Shown: one piece after another, positions 12,126 to 23,630 of the stretch
Layout: every line of letters begins with the position of its first letter
Numbering within the stretch: position 1 is the stretch's first letter
Assembly (NCBI RefSeq): GCF_001194135.2
Contig: NC_068981.1
Location: forward strand, 93,362,443 to 93,417,045
Length of the DNA: 54,603 nt
Direction: 5' to 3'
Source of the DNA: Octopus bimaculoides
Taxonomy: Eukaryota
Position numbers and translations under genes: made by a program
Notes under the pieces: model-generated
Database searches by the model: none
The model's input: the letters and a program-made list of their open reading frames with translations, nothing else
What the model was told of the DNA's origin: nothing

Positions 12126-13316
12126 TTAGGTAGTTTTCCATGAAATATCGCATTTTTAATTACTTGTTATTTCGGTCATTTAAAAAGTCAATTATGTATA
12201 CCTTGCATTTAATATTGACTCTTTTTCTTTACCAACAATATCGGTATACAAAATTCGTACCCACGGACGGTAACAACCAAACTAAGTTGAGCGACTTTCT
12301 CGTATGAACACAAAAACTGGGTCACTCAACCATGGTTTTGTTGATATTAGAACTGTTCAGAGATGGTTCCAAAGCTCTCGCTCAGGAGACGATAGCCTTG
12401 AAAATAAATCGAGGGGTAGGCCAAGATCAGTTATTCGGCATGATGGATTAAATACTTTGGTTGAACAAAATCCGAGAACAAAGGTTCGAATACGTTCATC
12501 AGAACTCCAAACATATAGCACAACTGCTTTTGGACACCTCTAAAAAATTGGGAATGTCAAGAAAACGAATAGGTGTGTTCGACATCAACTGAACGAGATT
12601 ATTAAAAAAAACAGACGCCTCGAAGTGTGGCTTCTATTGCTTTCTCGACTAGAAAAAGACCATTTTTGCGTCAAATCATTACTTATGATGAGAAATGGAT
12701 ACTCTTTGACAACAGAAGGAAGAACAGGAGAGTAATTAGATGCAGGAGAGTCACCTAAATACTACCCACAACCACCATTACACCCTAAAAAGTTAGTGGT
12801 CACTGTATGGTGTTCTGTGAAGGGAGTTATTCATTATTCATTTTTGCAACAAGGAGAAACGGTCACAAGAATATCGTATTGCCTGAAAATTGATTGTATG
12901 CATGAGAATTTGAAAAGGGAGCAACCCAGACTAGTGATTAGAGATGGCCCAACATTACTCCATGACAATGCACGTCCTCACACTCTTCAAGCTACGGTCC
13001 AAAAGTTGCAAAGACTGAATTATGAGATTTTGCAACATCTTCCCAATTCCTCTGATATCTCTCCTACTGATTATCACTTATTTAAGTATTTTGAGCTTTT
13101 CATAAGCAATAAAAGATTCTTAAATTGAAGCATTCGGACAGTTTATCACACCAAAAGATGATTTTTTTTTTAAAGATGGAATATTTGACATAGAGAAACG
13201 TTGGGAAACGTTATAAATGATCATGGATCATATTTTGATTAAATAAATCAGTTCTCTAACACTTCTGAAACATTTTATTGTTTCCTTTCAAATACATTTC
13301 ATGTGAAACAACCTAA
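12126..13316 (+). mobile_element. Near-full-length decayed mariner transposon (D,D34D)
   Basis: TIRs TTAGGTAGTTTTCCATGAAAT (12126) and ATTTCATGTGAAACAACCTAA (ends 13316), TA at left. Transposase motifs TVQRWF..SRSGD.SLE, TYDEKW, HDNARPH, SPTDYHLF, with stops and frameshifts. Confidence 0.93.
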
Positions 13317-14935
13317 TGAAAGGATTTTCCTGATAATACAATATAAAATTTATCATCTGTGTTAACTAAAACATAAATGCTTGTTCTAACTCCACAGAAA
13401 TATCCATGTGTAATATATTCATGACCTCAAAATGCATAATTCTGAATATCGTTTCTAACTCATAATTCAATCGACACATAAGAATTTTTTTAAATTATAA
13501 ATTCCTTTATTTTGTATTCCCAGCAATAAAATAGCATTAAACGTTTTCTTGTGATTCCATATGAGATCATAAAGGATGTTAAGAACCAAGGTAAAATATG
13601 TGTTATTCAGTGAACAAAATTAAAACATAGCATTATATGGATTCACCGGAGTCTTTTAAATACTATTTCAAAATAGTAGGAGTAATCTGTCACTATCTGT
13701 GATGGGATTCATATCTCTAAAGTAGAACAAGCCATTTATTGATTTTTCTCATGTGTTCTCTAGATAATTCTAACAGAACACATTTGTCCTCAAAGTACAT
13801 TTACTTTTCTTCCCGGTTATCAGTTATTTAACGCTCAATTTACATGGGAAACTTTTAAAAGAAAATAGGTTTTTCGTTTTTTTTTTCTTTTCTTTTACTT
13901 CTTGTTCATGAAATGTTCTTCCATATCAATTATATCCTTACTTGTCTCTTACTTCGCTCGAAATGTTGTTTCGAAATAATAGCTGTTATAGGTTGATTAC
14001 AAATGCTATCATGTGTTTTTATTTTTATTTTTACATTCTTTGTATTGTAAAAGATGTCAGACTTAACTCTTATTTCAGGGACACAAAGACGATGTAAACG
14101 TGGAAGAGGTGGTTTCGGAGAATAAGAGAGGATATTGAGAAATCGATTCATGAGATGATAGGAAACTGTTTCGATTGCAAATGTCATACAATACAGGCGG
14201 TCGCGGGAATCAAATGTTAAAAATCTTTAATCACATGTACGTGGAATTGCGAGTGATTGTCTTATATGTATGTGTAGAGTTACGTATAGAGAAAAATAGA
14301 TTTCAAGACTATATCTTCGAGATTATAACTGTACTCGTGAGCTTCTTGCTAAATGTGATAGTACAGACTTTGTCTTCAGTTTGGCATTTGGCTTCTATAA
14401 TCGCATGGCTATAATGTACCATATAGCATTACATAACCTATTTCTTGAATAGCTTATATGTGCATCAGATGAATATCATCAATACACCTCTCTATTTTGA
14501 TATTGTTTTCTTTCCATCAACAAATTGAAATCAGTTGTTTTAAATCTAAGCAACATTCATGTACAAAAATAGTCTTTCTAAAAATATTTAACTGTAGTTC
14601 ATACAAAACTATTGTTACTATCTTACATTCGGGTACGTCAGATAAAAGCATTGAAGCAATATATGTTATTTTACAATAACATTTGGTATTGTCAGTGCTT
14701 TAAGTAGATATTAGCTTGGTTTACATAGAAAAAATTGCAGAAAATGTGCCATATCTGTTCCAATACACTAAGAAGACACGATTTACACTGTTGTCCACAA
14801 CTTCAACTTCGATACAAAATACGCAGACAGGCAACCGAATTATACGTTATAATAGATGTGACTGTTCATTCTTTCACTGAGAGAAGAAGATATTGGTCAT
14901 TCATAAGTGTGACAACAATTACCAAAAATAAAATG

Positions 14936-15129
14936 ACAGTGAGCAAAAATCTCGAGAAGTACGTGGAACAAATAGGAGCTGCAATAAGGGGGAAGCACTT
15001 GCAGAAAACAGCAGTGAAGGGAACCACTTGAAGGTGCTCGAAAAATAAGAGGTGTTACCTTAATTCACTGGTAGTGAACAGCTGACACTGTAGTACATCT
15101 CCAGCGTTAGAAGCTGTGCAAAGGCAATA

Positions 15130-15196
<67 letters not shown>
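14936..15196 (+). mobile_element. R4/Dong-clade non-LTR retrotransposon 3' fragment with (TAA)n tail
   Basis: TVSKNLEKYVEQIG...HLQKTA..GT matches the RLE-clade C-terminus; short 3' UTR, then (AAT)n from 15127. Confidence 0.8.
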
Positions 15197-15316
15197 TCGA
15201 AAAATACCTTAGGCATGAGAACCCAGGTTCGAAATTTCCCCCAAGACACCTGAGGAAGACTGGAGGGTATATCAGCCAAAACGTTTTGTAAACGACAAAC
15301 AAGATGAGGACAAAGG
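15197..15316 (+). mobile_element. Hammerhead-containing terminus related to the 1007-1482 arms
   Basis: AAAAATACCTTAGGCATGAGAAC...GACAC-CTGAGGA-A-GACTG...CAGCC-AAAA-CGTT...GATGAGGACA; G12 mutated. Confidence 0.75.
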
Positions 15317-15317
15317 C

Positions 15318-15710
15318 TCTTCGCAGTGGAAGAGCCCAACCTCTCCAAAACCGAAGAAAGCACGAATGAATCGAAGCAATGTGAAGACTCTCTTGACCGT
15401 TTTCTTCGACTACAAGAGGATTTTTCATCATGAGTATACTCCACCTGGTCAGACAGTAAACAAGGAGTACTACCGTGACGTTTTTGCGACGTTTGAGGGA
15501 GGTATTCGTCGAAAAAGGCCACAATAGCATGTGCCTCGTGAACAGCAATTGCACCATGACAACGCACCTGTCCATTCAGCGCATCTTCTGCAGTAATTTT
15601 TGGTTAGGCACAGTATTCCCCAGGTTCAATAGCCATCATATTCCCCAGATCTTCACCTTTGCGACTTTTTCCTCTTTCCAAAGATCAAATCCCGCTTGAA
15701 AGGAAGAATG
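15318..15710 (+). mobile_element. Mariner transposase fragment (irritans-like), catalytic region
   Basis: SQWKSPTSPKPKKAR..RSNVKTLLTVFFD, GQTVNKEYY, LHHDNAPVHSA, PSYSPDL..CDFFLFPKIKSRLKG. Confidence 0.9.
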
Positions 15711-16189
15711 CGACGCGGCAGCTATTGATTATCCCGGAAAACGAGTTTCAGGAATGCCTCCATCAATGGATTAAGAGTGTGGCTTCCCAAGGGGACTACT
15801 TTCTAGGAGATTAAATGCCGAATTGCTTTGTGTTGTATTTTTGTTTCTATAGCACCAGTGCGGATACTTATTGATAAGACCGTGTGCGCGTGCGTGTGTG
15901 TGTGTGTGTGTGTGTGTGCGTAAAATAAGTGAATCGCACTCAGTTAATGTGTGAGTGGCTTTTCCATGACTCATTCGGATGACGTAATATAATTAGTATC
16001 TCACAATTAGCGATTTTTGCCTTTCAATACTCTGTACTTGATAAAAGATATACAAATGAAATACCGAAACGAAACAGGCATAATTCGCTTTTTTCTTATT
16101 CTAAATGTTTCCCGGCCTTTTACTTATATAACACAATCATTGCTATCACTTATATATATTTAAAAAGTCATCACTATCACAACTACTAC

Positions 16190-16400
16190 TATGGCGGCGA
16201 GTTAGTAGAATTGTTAGTTGCTGGACAAAATGCTTGGTGGTGTTTCCTTTGTTTTTTTAAGTTCTGAGTTCAAATTTCACCCACGTTGACTTTGCCTTTC
16301 ATCCTTTCGGAGTCGATAAAGTAAGTGACATTTGAGCTCTGGGGTCAAAGTAACCGATTTACACCTGCCCCTAAAATTGCTGGCCCTATGCCATAATGTG
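16190..16400 (+). mobile_element. Family-1 SINE with private variants
   Basis: GGCGGCGAGTTAG head, B box, core and tail. Confidence 0.85.
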
Positions 16401-16404
16401 AAAC

Positions 16405-16568
16405 CAGTAGTAGTAGTAGTAGTAGTAGTAGTAGCGGCAGCAGCAGCGGTAATAGTAGTAGTAGCAGTAGCAGTCGTAGCGGTGGCAGCAGCAACGGTAG
16501 TAGTAGTAGTAGTAGTAATAGTAGTAGTAATAGTAGTAGTAGTACTCGTAGCGGCGGCAGCAGCAGCG

Positions 16569-16599
<31 letters not shown>

Positions 16600-16625
16600 C
16601 TGTCGTAGCGGCGGCAGCCGCAGCG

Positions 16626-16660
<35 letters not shown>
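16405..16660. repeat. (GTA)n array interrupted by recurring GCG/GCA blocks
   Basis: Direct inspection; source of the poly-V/T/A ORFs. Confidence 0.93.
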
Positions 16661-16661
<1 letters not shown>

Positions 16662-16775
16662 TATGAAACCTTTGAGCCTATTTTGTTCCACATGATGGAA
16701 AGTGTCAGCTGTCCATAGCCAGCAGATTAAGGTGACTCATATTTGCTGATCATGCTTCAAGAAACCTGTGGAGAT
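16660..16775 (-). mobile_element. R4/Dong 3' end fragment followed by (TAC)n
   Basis: Minus strand ...LHRFLEA* then GTCACCTTAATCTGCTGGCTATGGACAGCTGACACTTTCCATCAT...TTTCATAT; homologous to the 3' end at 18218-18420. Confidence 0.7.
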
Positions 16776-16867
16776 TTTTTATCATTTCATTATATGTAAA
16801 CCACCTCATTTTATGTGTCTTCGTATTCTCCCCCTCATCCTTCGCCATTGTGGGAAATAAATGCACT

Positions 16868-16878
16868 CATTATTATTA

Positions 16879-16949
<71 letters not shown>

Positions 16950-18000
16950 TAGTTTCATTTTTATAACGTGCTTTCACTTCACTACCGAGCGCAGCTCTGT
17001 GTGCCTTGGGTATGTGCTGTGGTTTGCTTTGATGCTCTTATGGACACTGTATTGAAAGTGTTTTGCGTAGGATGTGTGCAGTGTCCAGTAGTGAAATTTT
17101 CTGTATGTTATATATATTTGTAAGTCCTGGTGTTTTTGCTATGTATATGTCTGAATATTTTTTATTATACCTCAGGCACCTACTATGATAGGAATTGTTT
17201 CTGTTTTTAGATTCCACATTCGAGTTACCTCTATTTCCAGGTCTTTGTATTTTGAAAGTTTCTCCATTTCTTTTAGGGAAACTTTGTCATCTGCTGGTAT
17301 TGATACATCAATTAGAAAGCATGTTTTTCGTTAATGATATTTGACAACTATATCTGGTCTATTGGCCTTAATTTCTCTATCTGTGTGTATTGCATATCCC
17401 AGAGTATGGTTGCTTTCTCGTTTTCTGCGACCTTTTCTGGCGTGTGTTTATACCATCTTTTTTCTGTTGTTATTCCATAGTGTTGGCATAGTTTCCTGTG
17501 TATATAGGTCCCAGCCCTGTCGTGTCTGTGAATATATTCCTTCTTAACCAAGACTGGGCAGCCAGAAATAATATGATTTATTGTTTCTTGTCCATCGCCA
17601 CATATTCTGCAGTTACTTGTTATGTTTCTTTTCATTATATGTTTTTGGTAATTTCTGGTGAGGAGGCTTTGGTCTTGTGCAGCAATTAAAAATCCTTCAG
17701 TCTCTGCTTTGAGTCCTGAGCTTCTCAACCATTGCTGGGATTTTTCTATTTCTTTTGCATTTAGTTTAGCCCAGTATTTACCATGTAAGAGCTTTTCTTG
17801 CCATCGTTTTATCATGGGCCATTGCTGTTCTAGTTTTAGTTTGGATTTCATTTATTTTATATCTTTTGTTGTCTCTTCTTCTTCTTCTTCTTCGTATTTA
17901 TTAGGTAGTATGATTTCTTATTTGTTTTTATGATTTCTTGTTTGTATAGTATGATTTCTTGTTTGTATAGTATGATTTCTTATTTGTATAGTATGATTTC

Positions 18001-18002
<2 letters not shown>
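16868..18002 (-). mobile_element. 5'-truncated R4/Dong-clade retrotransposon (CCHC knuckle and REL endonuclease) with (TAA)n tail
   Basis: WLRSSGLKAETEG..IAAQDQSL.TRNY, CRICGDGQETINHIISGC, RHD, ILWD, RPDIVV, FLIDVSIP, EKLSKYKDL, TAHILRKTL; frameshift and stop present. Confidence 0.93.
17909..18001. repeat. Five copies of a roughly 21-bp unit (TATGATTTCTTGTTTGTATAG)
   Basis: TATGATTTCT starts at 17909, 17929, 17950, 17971 and 17992. Confidence 0.9.
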
Positions 18003-18045
<43 letters not shown>

Positions 18046-18169
18046 CATTATTATTATTGTTGTTGTTGTTGTTGTTATCATTATTATCATTATTATTGTA
18101 ATTATTATTGCTGCTGTTATCATTATTATTGCTATTATTATTAATATTATTATTAATATTATTATTATG

Positions 18170-18218
<49 letters not shown>
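18002..18218. repeat. (ATT)n/(GTT)n compound microsatellite
   Basis: Direct inspection. Confidence 0.95.
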
Positions 18219-18221
<3 letters not shown>

Positions 18222-18910
18222 GAAAACTCACAGCATATTTTGTTGGGTATGATGGAAAGTGTCGGTTACTTTGACCCCAGAGCCCAAATGTCACTTAGTT
18301 TATCGACCCCGAAAGGATGAAAGGCAAAGTCAACGTGGGTGAAATTTGAACTCAGACTAAGGTGACACTTGTTTACAGATCATGTTTCAAGAACGCTGTG
18401 AAGAATTCTTGCAGTTCCAAGGAATGCTGACTTTTGTAGGTGTTCTACCTTCATACTTGCCGATCTTTTTTCAGCCATGCTGGTAGTTGACTGCTGATAC
18501 TCTCAGGCTTGAACTCGACTTTGTATTTTTCGTTTTCGAAAATCGTCAGTTTTCTCCGGAAAATAGCGGTAATTTCCTGTCATTTTCAACCAGAGTGAAG
18601 AATAGGGGATATTTCTTCGGCTGGCGAGTGCTATTTTTTGTTAAAAGTCCCACTATTTCCTGGGGGACTTGTCAAATTTATTCCATTTTTTATTCCACGT
18701 GGAAAAATATGGAATTTTGCTCAATGGCAGCCACAAATAGTTCTAGGGAGTTTCAGTCATATTTGAGAGAGGGGGCGAGACAGAGGAGTGTCTAGCCACA
18801 AAGATGAGAGAGAATGACAGTTCTTCGCCTGTAGCTATTCGTGCATGACATTCAGCAATTTTTTTGATTCAGTAGCCTAGAACTACATCTGGTCCCGGCA
18901 CCTTCCAGTT

Positions 18911-18944
<34 letters not shown>

Positions 18945-20400
18945 NNNNNNNNNNNNNNNNNNNNNNNNNNNNNNNNNNNNNNNNNNNNNNNNNNNNNNNN
19001 NNNNNNNNNNNNNNNNNNNNNNNNNNNNNNNNNNNNNNNNNNNNNNNNNNNNNNNNNNNNTTTTTTTTTACTGATTCCCTTCACTTGTTTAGCTGAAATG
19101 ACTAGCTCTGATTGTTGTGGACAAATTAGTGCATATTTCAGTTCTTGCAACCAGCCATTCAGCATTCTTCTTGTGCTCCAGGTCTTTGCTCCAGATGTCA
19201 CTTCAAAAGCCTTGTCTCTCAATGTTTCCTGGTATCAATTTTTCATCTGAACCCCCCTCCATTTATTTCTTTGTAGAATCTCTTCTCATCTACTCTGAAT
19301 AACATATTCTGCTGGTATCCCGTCATTCTTTGGTTGTAACTTACCATCTTTGCTTTCTTTACATCGAGGTGCTGTTTCAGTTCCTCCATTACCACTTTCA
19401 GGCCCTTTCTTTCAATATCATATTTCCTGTTCAGTGCCCTGTATTTTTGTTCGATATTAAGCCCTCCTTTGTCTTTTCGGTCTGACACAGAAATGTCTTT
19501 CGAGAGCATATCTAACCCTCGCTTGTATTCTTCTTTTCCACCATGGATCTTTTCTTTTGTCAATCCAATTATATTTCTTTATCTTGACATCAACATCTAC
19601 ATTTTCAGAATTTCATTCATACTTTTCGTTTCTTGTTTCAATTTCCACAGCTCAACATTTTTAAGGTTGCAAATAATGTAGCTATCGTTCTCCTTTAGCC
19701 TTGCCTGTATTCTGTCGTTGATTGCTTTGCCCATCTGTCATGTCACCATTAGTTTTATTGTCTTCTTCCAGACCATCTATATGTCTCTCATCGAGCAAGT
19801 TATCACTGTTCCTTTTCTGTGGTTTATTAGAGATCTCACCTCTGTTTTCTGCTATGAGGTTACTTTTATGTGTAAGAACTGTATTTACATCGTTTCCTCT
19901 GCTGCTGTTTTCCAATACTCGTCTTTTGATAGCTTCGAGTTCTACTTCTGTAAACCAATGATTGTTTCTTATTGCCTTAACTTGATCACATAATCTCTGT
20001 TCCGTCAGTAGAAACAGTCCTCTTTCTCTCCATTGATCATACATACGTCGTCGGTATACCCTAATATGAGCACCATTTTCGTCTACAGGGTTGGTCAAAT
20101 AGCAACACTCCATGATCACAGAATTAACTTGTTTGTTCCATCTACACCGTGTGTGCTGGTCCATTGCTGGATAACGACAGGTTGGAGTCGGACCAGCATC
20201 CCTAAGCCTACCTGGTGCAACACTGTCATTATCGAGGGCTTCAGTTTCATTACCACCGTTATTCACAATATTTTGTTTTTTCATTGTCACTCATATGAGG
20301 TAACAATTATCAGGTTGCGCAACCAGTGTTTTATCGTGACACCATCAGTAGATGTATCATCAATTAGGACATGAAGAGATTCCAACACCTTCCTTTCATT
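18218..20400 (-). mobile_element. Internally deleted, decayed R4/Dong-clade element (N-terminal domain, start of RT, extreme C-terminus, 3' UTR)
   Basis: RWNKQVNSVIMECCY...YRRRMYDQWRERG.F..TEQRLCDQ; KYDIERKGLKVVMEELKQ...QQNMLF.VDEKRFY; NWKVPGPD.VLGY*IKKL; then WLKKIG..VEHLQKSAFLGTARILHSVLET*. Confidence 0.88.
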
Positions 20401-21189
20401 ATTATTATCATCATCACTGGTATTATTTTCATTGTTTACTATTTGTCATTGTTAACATTTCCTCTGATCCGACATGAGTTTTGGCTAATTATCATTAACA
20501 CTTTTGTGTTAGTACGAGGCTCCGGGTTTTATCCATTAGCGTAGACAATTTGATAGAGCNNNNNNNNNNNNNNNNNNNNNNNNNNNNNNNNNNNNNNNNN
20601 NNNNNNNNNNNNNNNNNNNNNNNNNNNNNNNNNNNNNNNNNNNNNNNNNNNNNNNNNNNNNNNNNNNNNNNNNNNNNNNNNNNNNNNNNNNNNNNNNNNN
20701 NNNNNNNNNNNNNNNNNNNNNNNNNNNNNNNNNNNNNNNNNNNNNNNNNNNNNNNNNNNNNNNNNNNNNNNNNNNNNNNNNNNNNNNNNNNNNNNNNNNN
20801 NNNNNNNNNNNNNNNNNNNNNNNNNNNNNNNNNNNNTGTGTCGTTTGCTTTTATTCGATTCGCTTATGTGATTGTGTCCTTGTTTATACATTACTTAATG
20901 TTACTTTGAAATATTAAAATGTGTTCGTGTAAAACTAGGGAGTACACGTAATTAATTAGTTTACGTACTTACGTTTTGGGGATGTGTACTTACTCGGATA
21001 TAGTCCAATATGTACTTACTCGGATATAGTCCAACACTTTTAATGAGTATTACTACTTAAGTGTAGTCCAGCGCTCCGTCAGTGTGGCGAGCGTATTTAC
21101 ACGTGCTGTGCGAGTGACGGAGGTGACACAGAGTTAAAATACGTTGTTTCATGCGGAAAATAGGAATAAATTTTAATGAGTATTACTCA

Positions 21190-21308
21190 ACACTTTATCA
21201 GTTTTTTTAGTATTCTTTTGTTGTCTTTATCCCCGATGTTTTTGGATAGATTTCGGAGCGCGATAAGATACTGTTCCGAAATTATTATCATTAATATTAT
21301 TAGTATTA

Positions 21309-21352
<44 letters not shown>

Positions 21353-21417
21353 ATCATAATCATCATCATCATCATCATCGTCATCATCACCACCACCACC
21401 ATCACCATAATCATCAT
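21190..21417. repeat. (ATT)/(ATC)/(ACC) compound trinucleotide array
   Basis: Direct inspection. Confidence 0.85.
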
Positions 21418-21625
21418 TAAGACGGCGATCTGGCAGGATTGTTAGCATGCCGTTGGCATGATTAGCAGTATTTCGCCTGTCCCTTCCTTCTAAGTTCTAG
21501 TTCCGGGGATGTTGACCTTACCTTTCATCTTTTCCGGGTTGATAAATTACGTACCAGGTGAGTACTGAGGTCGATGTCATCGACTTATCCCCTCCCCCAA
21601 AATTACTGCCCTTGTGACAAAAAAT
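21418..21625 (+). mobile_element. Family-1 SINE
   Basis: GACGGCGATCTGGCAGG head; core CCTTTCATCTTTTCCGGGTTGATAAATTACGTACCAG. Confidence 0.85.
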
Positions 21626-22580
21626 GAAGCCACTATTATTATTATTGTTGTTGTTGTTGTTGTTGTCACCATCATCAACACCAGCATCATTATCCTCATC
21701 ACCATCATTATAAATACCCATATATATACATACGTTATCATTATTCGTGTGCTTTCAGTTATAACTATAAAACACAGGAATAAAGCAAAACGATTTACAT
21801 ACATAAGAACTACAAAGCTTCGCTTGGTTATGCAGACAAAATCAATCAATAAAAATAATAATTACAGCCACAATACTTATAATTGACTACGAAACCAAGA
21901 TAATGTTTACAGTCCATATATCAAACAGTTTGAAAGCTAATATCCAACTGTTGTATGAAAAAGTAGCATGTGAAGCGTAGTGCAAATAGAAGCCGTCAAC
22001 AAATAGCTAATATTTGAGTAAGTTTTACCTAAAATACGCTATTTTAAAAAAGAATGATTGTATCAGATTTTATATAAACTCGAACAAACTCCTGCTGAAT
22101 CTCGATGATCTGTGATTGTAATTAAATCAAAATCAAAACGCCACAACAAGCAACTGCCTAATGTATATTGAAACAGAGTTTAAAATCTTACAAAAGGAAA
22201 CAGCGCTAAACATTCGAATTCGATTGGAAATATAACGCATTTTATGGAAAATAATTAACAGCAGGGAAACATGAACGTGGCATATTAAACCAGCCAGACG
22301 AGGGAAACCAACAATATCTTCAATTCTGAAACAAAGGGATTATTTATAAATGCAGCTAATATCTTATTTCCTGCGTTTATCACATATGCGTGTAAGTATA
22401 TGTGCTTGTATGTATGTGTGTGTGTTAAACTATACATAAAAACAATTTAGCATTAATCTGAAGAATTACTCAATAAGTTTTAGTAGTATACATGTTTATT
22501 AAACTTTTATACAGCTCGCTCTCTCTCTCTCTTTCTCACCCTTTCTCTCACTCTCTCTCTCTCTCTATACATAAATACCC

Positions 22581-22613
<33 letters not shown>

Positions 22614-22995
22614 NNNNNNNNNNNNNNNNNNNNNNNNNNNNNNNNNNNNNNNNNNNNNNNNNNNNNNNNNNNNNNNNNNNNNNNNNNNNNNNNNNNNNNN
22701 NNNNNNNNNNNNNNNNNNNNNNNNNNNNNNNNNNNNNNNNNNNNNNNNNNNNNNNNNNNNNNNNNNNNNNNNNNNNNNNNNNNNNNNNNNNNNNNNNNNN
22801 NNNNNNNNNNNNNNNNNNNNNNNNNNNNNNNNNNNNNNNNNNNNNNNNNNNNNNNNNNNNNNNNNNNNNNNNNNNNNNNNNNNNNNNNNNNNNNNNNNNN
22901 NNNNNNNNNCCCCACGTGGTAAGTTGTAATATATATAAGAAATTAAAAAAATGGAAACTACATACACTTTACATAGTCGTAATATAATTTTTAAT

Positions 22996-23030
22996 ATATC
23001 GACCGGTTTCGCTTTCGCTATTCATGATAT
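22996..23030 (-). ncRNA. Minimal hammerhead variant (A3:U8)
   Basis: Exact reverse complement of 23596-23630. Confidence 0.7.
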
Positions 23031-23595
23031 TATGGTTTGCTTATTTGAATATGTATTTTCTTAAGAAGAAATTTTTGTCTATGTTGTGTGTGATGATATT
23101 TACGAGTGAATGGCTTCACAAGTAGAAGAATAAGGGGAGGTAATTGGTTATAATTATTGTTGTTGTGGGCAAGGGAGGTAACTGTTCAGCTTTTGGTAAA
23201 GGGAAGACTGTGAAATCTGGTTTCACAGTCTTCCCCTTGTACCAGTGCAAAGACACAATCTCTCTACAAGAACGTTTAAATAAAGAAACTTTTTTCATTG
23301 AAAAATACAGAACACGTCTAAATATACACGCATAAATACTTTTACTTTTTTACATATTTCAATTCAGGATTACATCAGCTTTTGGTGTGTGTGTGTATGT
23401 GTACACATATATATTCCCCTCCTCTTACCGAAAGCTGAACAGTTATCTCCCTTGACCAAAACAACAATAAAAGCTATAACCAATTACCTCCCCCATTCTT
23501 CTACTTGTGAAGCCATTCACTCGTAAATGTCATCACACATAACATGAACAAAAATTTCTTCTCAAGAAAATACATATTCAAATAAGTAAGCCATA

Positions 23596-23630
23596 ATATC
23601 ATGAATAGCGAAAGCGAAACCGGTCGATAT
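23596..23630 (+). ncRNA. Minimal type I hammerhead variant (A3:U8)
   Basis: ATATC-ATGAATA-GC GAAA GC-GAAA-CCGG-TC-GATAT: 5-bp stem I, 2-bp GNRA-capped stem II, palindromic ACCGGU, predicted cut after C23625. Confidence 0.7.

Noticed and set aside
20985-21035. Tandem pair TGTACTTACTCGGATATAGTCCAA, and similar small tandems at 11590-11645, 35905-35950, 48330-48395
   Set aside because: Two or three adjacent units without unique spacers; ordinary slippage duplications, not CRISPR-like.
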